Source of the DNA: Blastocatellia bacterium
GTDB lineage: Bacteria > Acidobacteriota > Blastocatellia > UBA7656
Reading direction: 5' to 3'
NCBI GenBank assembly: GCA_963765495.1
Contig: CAVXWP010000001.1
Span: forward strand, 1,248,715-1,312,714
DNA length: 64,000 bases
Shown: positions 39,701 through 46,454 of the stretch, in pieces
Position numbering within the stretch: position 1 is the first letter of the stretch
Layout of the letters: every line of letters begins with the position of its first letter
Notes under the pieces: model-generated
Told to the model about the DNA's origin: nothing
What the model saw: the letters and a program-made list of their open reading frames with translations, nothing else
Database searches by the model: none
Made by a program: the position numbers and the translations under genes

Positions 39701-40016
39701 GTTGCCAGCGAATCAGATCAAAGCTCAATCGCGCAGGCTCGCGCCAGGCAACGGACCGCGAAGGGGGATCGAGGTGGATGGTTACTTCGTCGATTTCAGG
39801 GCTGATCCCAGAAGGGTCCGCGCCGCGCCTCATGTGCAGCGCGAGCGGCGGCGAGGTCTCAAGTATTCGAATCGCGTTTGCCTTGAGCGCATCAAGCAAC
39901 TTCTTTGCGTCGGCGCCGTATCGGGACACTTCCGGGAAGAAGAGCGTCTCGCTGATAAAGGTATCATTTTCCAGGCGTTGAATTATTGCTGTAAGACGAA
40001 AATCATGTTTTGGCAT
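36723..40016 (-). CDS. Clp/Hsp100-like double-AAA+ ATPase, paralogue A (1097 aa) with a release-factor-like C-terminal module
   Basis: D1: [26 protein letters not shown], and the Walker B position reads [11 protein letters not shown]. D2: [37 protein letters not shown]. About 320 aa of extra C-terminal sequence. Confidence 0.8.
   Translation of the reverse strand: [1097 protein letters not shown]
36726..37694 (-). other. Class-I release-factor-like module (GGQ domain absent) at the C-terminus of paralogue A
   Basis: Residues ~775-1097. [39 protein letters not shown] parallels RF [63 protein letters not shown] parallels the ISG..Y..L..E.GGHRV pattern. [15 protein letters not shown] parallels [34 protein letters not shown] parallels [19 protein letters not shown]. 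No GGQ. Confidence 0.5.
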
Positions 40017-40155
40017 AACAGGTTTCGGCTCGTAAAAGATACCTCACTCGTTTCGTAATTGAAAACTGAATGGCCCTGTGGCCCGACAAAGTAATTCTTC
40101 TCATTTTCAAGCTGGCCTTGAATCTGCGACGGTCGCTTATTATACTCGCACCGCT

Positions 40156-40941
40156 ATGGCAGAATCGAATGTGACAATCAGAGAATGCGTATCGATTGAT
40201 GATTTCAAGCAGTGCGTCGAATTCGAGCGCGCCATCTATAACGATCAGGACGTGAACATCATGCCTATCCGTCTTTACATGCTCTCGAAGGCTTGTAAAG
40301 CTCCAACCATCGGCGCATTTGATGAGACGGGGCAGATGGTAGGATTTGTCCACACGGCGCTCGCTCTGATGCACGGGCGCGTAATTTATCATTCGCACCT
40401 GGCCGCCGTGGCCGAAAAGTTACGCCACAGGGATATAGGATTTCGAATGAAGCTCGCGCAACGCGAGCGGGCGCTCGATGCGGGCATCTCGCTGATCGTC
40501 TGGACCTTCGATCCCATCCATTCACGTAGCGCGCATTTCAACATAAACAAACTGGGCGCGATAATGAGGCGCTACGAGCCAAATTATTACGGCGAAGGTC
40601 TTTCGACTGTTTTCGATCCGGGTGTCCCGTCCGATCGCCTTTACGCTCACTGGTGGATAAAATCGCCTCACGTACTTTCGGTGCTTGCGGGCAATCGCCC
40701 CCATCTTGATGAGGTGTCGGTTTCGGTCACTATTCCCGAAGATGTTCAGGCCGTGCGGGCCAGTTCGCCCGAAGAGCATGTTAAATGGCGTTTCCGGGCA
40801 CGCGAAGATTTGCAGCGAGAGCTTTCCTACGACCATATCATTCGCGGGTTTGAGCGCGATCAGGAAAAAGGCGTGGGCCGCTACCTGTTCGGACCCGATG
40901 AGGACCAGTTCCATTTCAGCGCCTACGATGGTCAATCGTGA
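40156..40941 (+). CDS. GNAT-like acyltransferase, partner of the OSBS/NSAR enolase
   Basis: Start set at the ATG at 40156 (MAESNVTIREC...). About 260 aa. HLAAVAEKLRHRDIGFRMKLAQRERALDAGISLIVWTFDP resembles an acetyltransferase-fold core. Located immediately upstream of the enolase-superfamily gene. Confidence 0.5.
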   Translation: MAESNVTIRECVSIDDFKQCVEFERAIYNDQDVNIMPIRLYMLSKACKAPTIGAFDETGQMVGFVHTALALMHGRVIYHSHLAAVAEKLRHRDIGFRMKLAQRERALDAGISLIVWTFDPIHSRSAHFNINKLGAIMRRYEPNYYGEGLSTVFDPGVPSDRLYAHWWIKSPHVLSVLAGNRPHLDEVSVSVTIPEDVQAVRASSPEEHVKWRFRAREDLQRELSYDHIIRGFERDQEKGVGRYLFGPDEDQFHFSAYDGQS

Positions 40942-41046
40942 GTTGTGAAGCGTGATGCGTGATGCGTGATTTTCAGGCATATGGCTGTTAACAGATGCTT
41001 GCCAATCTCCGGGTCACGAATCACGAATCACGCTTCACGCGTCACG
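40937..41046. repeat. Heptamer-built palindrome (GTGATGC/GTGATTC type) between the GNAT and OSBS/NSAR genes
   Basis: Left arm cgtgagttgtgaagcgtgatgcgtgatgcgtgatt and right arm gtcacgaatcacgaatcacgcttcacgcgtcacg, with a ~40-nt loop. Confidence 0.8.
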
Positions 41047-41081
41047 GATCGCGATTCATTGAGCGCCTCCCGAAAATAATC

Positions 41082-42203
41082 ATGAGATTGCAACTTGAAA
41101 GAATCGAACTCCGCGAGATCGAGCTTCCGCTCAGGTGGCCGTTTGAGACCAGTTTTGGTCGCACTACAGAACGGCGCATTCTGATCGTTAAGGTCTTTGA
41201 TCGCTCGGGCGCGTACGGCTACGGCGAATGCACGGCTGCCGAAGGTCCCTTCTATAACCACGAAACGGTTGATACCGCCCGGCTCATCATCGCAGATTAC
41301 GTCTGTCCGCTTTTGGCCTCGGCACAGATAGAGGAGGCGAGCGAAGTCTCTTCGGCATTGTCGCGTATCCGAGGAAACCTGATGGCGCGAGGTGCGGTCG
41401 AAGCCGCCGTCTGGGATCTCGAAGCAAGGATTGCCCGACAACCGCTCTGGAAATATATCGGCGGCACGCGCACAGAGATTGATTGCGGCGTTTCCATAGG
41501 CTTGCAGGAGACTACCGAGGCGCTGCTCGAAAAGGTTGCCCGCGAACTTGAAAGCGGTTATCAGCGAATAAAAATAAAGATAAAACCGGGCCGCGACCTA
41601 GAGCTTGTCGAAGCCATTCGCTCGCGGTTCCCCGGTATACGTTTGATGGTTGATGCCAATTCCGCCTACACGCTTGCCGACATAGATTTATTGAAGAGGC
41701 TCGACGGGTATGACCTGATGATGATCGAGCAGCCGCTTACGCCCGGCGACCTTATCGATCACGCCAAATTGCAGCGCGAGATCTCTACGCCCGTCTGCCT
41801 TGATGAATCCATACTGAGCCTGATTGATGCGCGCCACGCAAGCGAACTGGGCTCGTGTCGTGTAATAAACATAAAACTCGGACGAGTAGGCGGGCACAGG
41901 GAAGCGAAATTGATACAGGAGTTTTGCGCAAATCGCCGCATACCCGTCTGGTGCGGCGGGATGCTTGAAGCCGGAATCGGTCGGGCGCACAACATAGCCA
42001 TGTCAACGCTCGCCGGGTTTACGTTGCCGGGCGATGTATCGGCTTCCGAACGCTACTGGGAGGAAGACATCATCGAGCCTCCAGTCACAATCACATCGCG
42101 AGGCACTATCGAAGCGCCTGCGGGGGCGGGAATCGGCTATGAAGTAAACGAGCGCCGCATCGAAACGCTTACGGTGAGGCGCGATAATATCGAATTGCAT
42201 TAG
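41082..42203 (+). CDS. o-Succinylbenzoate synthase / N-succinylamino-acid racemase family enolase
   Basis: Start set at the ATG at 41082 ([28 protein letters not shown]...). [25 protein letters not shown] and the CLDES metal-ligand/catalytic pattern of the MLE/OSBS subgroup. Confidence 0.8.
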   Translation: MRLQLERIELREIELPLRWPFETSFGRTTERRILIVKVFDRSGAYGYGECTAAEGPFYNHETVDTARLIIADYVCPLLASAQIEEASEVSSALSRIRGNLMARGAVEAAVWDLEARIARQPLWKYIGGTRTEIDCGVSIGLQETTEALLEKVARELESGYQRIKIKIKPGRDLELVEAIRSRFPGIRLMVDANSAYTLADIDLLKRLDGYDLMMIEQPLTPGDLIDHAKLQREISTPVCLDESILSLIDARHASELGSCRVINIKLGRVGGHREAKLIQEFCANRRIPVWCGGMLEAGIGRAHNIAMSTLAGFTLPGDVSASERYWEEDIIEPPVTITSRGTIEAPAGAGIGYEVNERRIETLTVRRDNIELH

Positions 42204-42235
42204 CATTCCGGTGATTTTCAAGACGAGGAGAGAGA

Positions 42236-42982
42236 ATGTCAGAATTTGAAGGCAGGGTAGCGATAGTCACGGGTGGGACGCGGGGCATCGGCCACGCAAT
42301 TGCGCTTGAACTGGCTAGGCGAGGTGCGAGCGTCGCCTTCAGCTTCACTCGAAACAAGGAGATGGCCGATACGGTCGCCAATCAGATTGAAGTCCTTGGC
42401 GGGCGGGCGCTCTCTTTTCAGGCCGACGTTACCGACGCAGAGCTTGCCGAAAAGATGGTAAAGGGAGTCAAGGAACAGTTCGGATCGGTCGATTATCTGG
42501 TCAACAATGCCGGTATAACGCGCGACAAACTTATAATGATGATGAGCCGGGATGACTGGGACGCGGTCATCGGCACAAATTTGAGCGGCGTCTTTAACGT
42601 GACCAAACCGGCGGTTTCCATAATGGTCCGCCAGCGGCGCGGAAGCATTCTCAACATCGCCTCGATCAGCGGGGTGGTTGGTATGGCGGGTCAGACAAAC
42701 TATTCAGCCTCAAAGGCGGGGGTTATAGGTTTCACAAAGGCCCTGGCAAAAGAGGTGGGTCGCAGAAACATAAACGTAAACGCTCTGGCGCTCGGCCTGA
42801 TCGAGACCGATATGACAGGCGCGCTCACGGATGAGTATCGCCAGAAGATGATCGAGCAGATACCGCTTGGCCGATACGGCACGGTAGAGGAAGTGGCGCG
42901 CATATCGGCTTTTTTGCTTTCCGATGATGCGCGATACATCACCGGGCAGGTAATTCAGGCCGACGGCGGACTCGCTATGTAG
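42236..42982 (+). CDS. fabG: 3-oxoacyl-[ACP] reductase
   Basis: 248 aa. TGGTRGIGHAIA, NNAGITRD, YSASKAGVIGFTKALAKE and GQVIQADGGLAM are classical FabG/SDR motifs. Confidence 0.85.
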   Translation: MSEFEGRVAIVTGGTRGIGHAIALELARRGASVAFSFTRNKEMADTVANQIEVLGGRALSFQADVTDAELAEKMVKGVKEQFGSVDYLVNNAGITRDKLIMMMSRDDWDAVIGTNLSGVFNVTKPAVSIMVRQRRGSILNIASISGVVGMAGQTNYSASKAGVIGFTKALAKEVGRRNINVNALALGLIETDMTGALTDEYRQKMIEQIPLGRYGTVEEVARISAFLLSDDARYITGQVIQADGGLAM

Positions 42983-43155
42983 TAGGCAGTAGGCAGTTAT
43001 TATGAAGCCATGATCAGATCCGCGTAAATCCGCCCGACCCGCGTCCGTCCTGGCCTATTTCTATTCGCCCGATTATGCAGTTGCAATTAGACTGACAATT
43101 GGCTTCACTCAACTGCCCACTGCCCACTGCCTACTGCTTACTGCCTACTGCCTGC
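42979..43155. repeat. Heptamer-built palindrome (GCAGTAG type) between convergent fabG and htrA
   Basis: Left arm gtagtaggcagtaggcagtt (42979-42998, starting in the fabG stop codon). Right arm aactgcccactgcccactgcctactgcttactgcctactgcctgc (43111-43155). Loop ~110 nt. Confidence 0.8.
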
Positions 43156-44690
43156 TAATCAAATGTTACCGTGATGAAAGTCATCTGCCCGCCGCGTTCG
43201 ATTTGAAGCGCTACCTGATTGGTCTTGATCGAATTTATAGCTTCGACCAGGTTTTCGACGGATGTTACTTCCACGGTGTCTATGCGGTGAATGACATCGC
43301 CGTGACGGATACCCGCCTCGGAAGCGGGGCTGCCGGGCGCTACGGATTGGACCATCGCGCCGTGCGGCACACTCAGCTTCATTTGCTCGGCCATTTCGGG
43401 TGTTACGGTCTCGGCGGTTATACCAAGCCGCGTGGATTGAGGGTGCGCCTCATCGCCCTGGCTTTCAGAGTCGTTGCGAGCCGTATTGACATCTGCCGGA
43501 CGTTCGGTGACTTCTACTTTGGCCGAAAGCGGCTGCCCGTTTCGCACATAATCGACCTGCGCAGATTCGCCCACGGAAGTTTCGGCTACGACCTCCATCA
43601 ACTCTCGTGGCGTTCTCACTTTCTTACCGTTAAAGGCAAGTATCACATCCCCGCTCTGCAATCCTGCGTGGCCGGCGGGGCTTTGAGGATCGCTCAGGCG
43701 ATCAATCAACACGCCGGAATTCGGTTCCAGATTGAGCGCGTGGGCCGTGGCTTCGTCGAGCGGCCTGATAATCACCCCGAGGTATCCGCGAGTGACCTTG
43801 CCGTTTTTGACCAGTTTGTTAAAGACATTACGCACCACGTTTGATGCAATGGCAAAACCGATACCCACGCTGCTGCCCGTCTGGGAAAATATCAAGGTGT
43901 TTATGCCGATCACTTCTCCCTGCATGCTGACGAGCGGACCGCCGGAATTTCCCGGATTGATCGAGGCATCGGTCTGGATAAAGCGGCTGTATTGAGAGCC
44001 GCGAGTGTTAAGCTCGCGCCCGGTAGCTGAGACAATGCCTGCGGTCAGGGTTTGCGCCAGCCCGAAAGGGCTTCCGAGAGCCAGCACCCAGTCGCCCTGT
44101 TCGACTTCATCCGAATCTCCGAGCGTGGTCGTGGGGAGTCCATCGCCTTCGATCTTGATGACGGCGATGTCGGTCTCGGGGTCCGTGCCTACGAGTTTCG
44201 CTCGTATGGTGCGTCCGTCGGCAGTCGTCACTTCGATCCTGTCGGCGTGGCCCACTACGTGATCGTTCGTCAATATATACCCGTCGGGTGTGACGATAAA
44301 CCCCGAGCCTGTTCCGGGCCTTCGCCTGGGGGTGTTCTGATCGGGGCTGCCGAAGTTGAACAGATCGGGCAAGCCGGACTCACGCGAAACTGTTTCGACT
44401 ACGTTGATGTTGACGACGGCGGGCTTTATAGCCTTTGCAATCTCGCGGAACGAAACTGATAGCTCGACCGGCGAAGGAGCCGCAACCGAATTGGCCGTTC
44501 CTGGTGGAGGAAGCACCGGAACGTTTGAAGCGATTTTGTGAGTCGATGAACGCGCGATGGCGAATATAATAAAACCTGAAATCAGGGCGAGCGTGACCCA
44601 TATCCATGCCTGATCTCTCCATCGCCTGCCTCTAGGTTTCGGGGTTTGATCTTCGGGGTAAGGTTCTGTTCCGGTGTTTATGTCTTGCAT
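43155..44690 (-). CDS. HtrA/DegP/DegQ-family periplasmic serine protease with two PDZ domains
   Basis: 511 aa. N-terminal TM/signal segment. Catalytic TNDHVV, D and GNSGGPL. Two PDZ-like regions (GVLIDRL...GLQSGDVI and GAMVQSV...GIRHGDVI). Confidence 0.85.
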   Translation of the reverse strand: MQDINTGTEPYPEDQTPKPRGRRWRDQAWIWVTLALISGFIIFAIARSSTHKIASNVPVLPPPGTANSVAAPSPVELSVSFREIAKAIKPAVVNINVVETVSRESGLPDLFNFGSPDQNTPRRRPGTGSGFIVTPDGYILTNDHVVGHADRIEVTTADGRTIRAKLVGTDPETDIAVIKIEGDGLPTTTLGDSDEVEQGDWVLALGSPFGLAQTLTAGIVSATGRELNTRGSQYSRFIQTDASINPGNSGGPLVSMQGEVIGINTLIFSQTGSSVGIGFAIASNVVRNVFNKLVKNGKVTRGYLGVIIRPLDEATAHALNLEPNSGVLIDRLSDPQSPAGHAGLQSGDVILAFNGKKVRTPRELMEVVAETSVGESAQVDYVRNGQPLSAKVEVTERPADVNTARNDSESQGDEAHPQSTRLGITAETVTPEMAEQMKLSVPHGAMVQSVAPGSPASEAGIRHGDVIHRIDTVEVTSVENLVEAINSIKTNQVALQIERGGQMTFITVTFD

Positions 44691-44818
44691 TAACTTCAGC
44701 CCTTTCTAAACGACGGTAACTTATCTTCAAGATTAGCTGTTAAGAAGAATCAACGCAACCATCTGATAGAGTTGGGTGGAGGCAGGGCCATTAAATTCTC
44801 AGGAAAAACTTTGCCTAC

Positions 44819-44876
44819 TTTGCGTCTTTGCGACTTGCGAAGCCACAGGTACTTTCAAAGACGCAAAGACGCAAAG
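44819..44876 (-). terminator. Heptamer-built hairpin (CTTTGCG type), terminator candidate for the HK-RR operon
   Basis: ctttgcgtctttgcg (44819-44833) pairs with cgcaaagacgcaaag (44862-44876). On the minus strand it is followed by GTTTTTCC. Confidence 0.6.
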
Positions 44877-44953
44877 AGATTTCATTTAGCAAGTCGTAGT
44901 TTTCTGCTGCTCAGCAGGCTTGGCCAGGAATTAAATTGTCCTGGAGTGGAAAT

Positions 44954-45060
44954 GATGCGTGATACGTGATACGTGATTTTCAGACTGGCCGCAGATTCAA
45001 GACAACTTGCAAGCCTGCTAAATCACGCATCACGCATCACGTATCACTATCGCATCACGA
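44954..45060. repeat. Heptamer-built palindrome (GTGATAC/GTGATGC type) just downstream of the response-regulator gene
   Basis: Left arm gatgcgtgatacgtgatacgtgattt. Right arm aaatcacgcatcacgcatcacgtatcac...cgcatcacga. The loop contains cttgcaagcctgct. Confidence 0.8.
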
Positions 45061-45062
45061 AT

Positions 45063-46454
45063 TCATACCAGCTGGTCGGTCACCCTTCGCGAGCGGGTGA
45101 GGCCGTAGGTCTTCAGTTGCCGGTAGAGCGTGCTTGGCGAGATGCCAAGTATTTCGGATGCTTTCCCCTGATGCCATCCCGTCTGCTCAAGTACCGTGAG
45201 TATCTGTTTCTTCTTCAACTCGTCGAGATTGCCCGGTTGGATGTCTTCATCCACAAATCCCGTCTGACGGCTTGAACTGTGAGTGCGAATCTCGATGGGC
45301 AAATCTTCCGGGAGAATCAGGTTGTCGCTTGCCAGTATGATCGCGCGCTCTATGACGTTCCGCATCTCGCGCACATTGCCGGGCCAGGAATAATTTATCA
45401 TTACCTCCATAGCCTCTTCGCTGATCTGAAAACTGCTGCCCCCGCTCACTCGCCCCAGGAAATGTTCCGCGAGCGAAGGGATGTCTTCGGGCCGTTCCCT
45501 GAGCGGTGGCAGGAGGATTGTAAAATTGTTTATGCGGAACAGGAGATCGGATCGGAATTTGCCTTCCGCCACATACTGATTCAGATCGCGATTGGTCGCG
45601 GCCACAAACCGCACGTCCACCTCGACTTTTCTGGTGCCGCCCACGCGGAAAAAGGTCTGAGTTTCAAGCACGCGCAACAGCTTGGACTGAAGCGTCAGGT
45701 TCATCTCGCCTATCTCATCCAGAAAGAGCGTGCCGCCGTGCGCAAGCTCCAACAGCCCGAGCTTTCGCTTTCGCGCTCCGGTGAATGCGCCTGCTTCATA
45801 GCCGAACAGTTCGCTTTCGAGCAACGTCTCTTGAATCGCCGCGCAGCTTATATCGATAAACGGCCCTTCGCGCCGGTTTGAAAAGCAATGAATAGTGTTG
45901 GCCACAAGTTCTTTGCCGGTCCCGGATTCTCCTGTCACAAGTACCGTGGCATTCGAGACGGCTACCTTCCTGACAAGCGACATCACATCGAGCATCTTCT
46001 TGCTGCGAACGACGATGTCGGGCGCTTTCTCTTTGTAAGTCAGCCGGGATTGAAGTATCAGGTTTTCACGTCGAAGCTGGCGTTTCTCGTATGCCTTGCA
46101 GAGTATGGCTTCAAGCTCGCGGATATGGCACGGCTTTGTGAGGTAGTCGTATGCTCCAAGCTTCATGGCCTGAAGCGCGGTCTCTACCGTGGCATGCCCG
46201 GTCATCAGAAGAACTTCTGGAGGCTGTTCCATCTGTCTGAGTTCGCGAAGAACGTCTATGCCGCCACGCACGGGCATCATTATATCGAGCAAGGCGACGT
46301 CGAATTCGCTCTCTCGCGCTACCTTGAGGGCCGCCTCTCCGTCGTGGACGAGCGTGACCTGATGGCCAAGTCGTAACAACTCTTTCTGAAGGACCAGCCC
46401 CAGATTCTTTTCGTCCTCCGCGATCAGAAGTTTTATACTTGCATTTGAACTCAC
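45063..46454 (-). CDS. Sigma-54-dependent response regulator (NtrC family)
   Basis: 463 aa. REC domain (VALLDIMMP), AAA+ GESGTGKE, GAFTGA motif and a C-terminal HTH (ASEILGISPSTLYRQLK). Confidence 0.9.
   Translation of the reverse strand: MSSNASIKLLIAEDEKNLGLVLQKELLRLGHQVTLVHDGEAALKVARESEFDVALLDIMMPVRGGIDVLRELRQMEQPPEVLLMTGHATVETALQAMKLGAYDYLTKPCHIRELEAILCKAYEKRQLRRENLILQSRLTYKEKAPDIVVRSKKMLDVMSLVRKVAVSNATVLVTGESGTGKELVANTIHCFSNRREGPFIDISCAAIQETLLESELFGYEAGAFTGARKRKLGLLELAHGGTLFLDEIGEMNLTLQSKLLRVLETQTFFRVGGTRKVEVDVRFVAATNRDLNQYVAEGKFRSDLLFRINNFTILLPPLRERPEDIPSLAEHFLGRVSGGSSFQISEEAMEVMINYSWPGNVREMRNVIERAIILASDNLILPEDLPIEIRTHSSSRQTGFVDEDIQPGNLDELKKKQILTVLEQTGWHQGKASEILGISPSTLYRQLKTYGLTRSRRVTDQLV

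Noticed and set aside
40995-41081. 29-codon N-terminal extension of the OSBS/NSAR gene ([21 protein letters not shown]...).
   Set aside because: It is a translation of the heptamer repeat arm. The conserved enolase N-terminus starts at the ATG at 41082.
42979-43155. Whether the heptamer repeat arrays could be CRISPR arrays or coding tandem repeats.
   Set aside because: The units are contiguous 7-mers with no spacers, are arranged as inverted arms, and are confined to intergenic gaps of 60-180 bp. This is inconsistent with CRISPR architecture.
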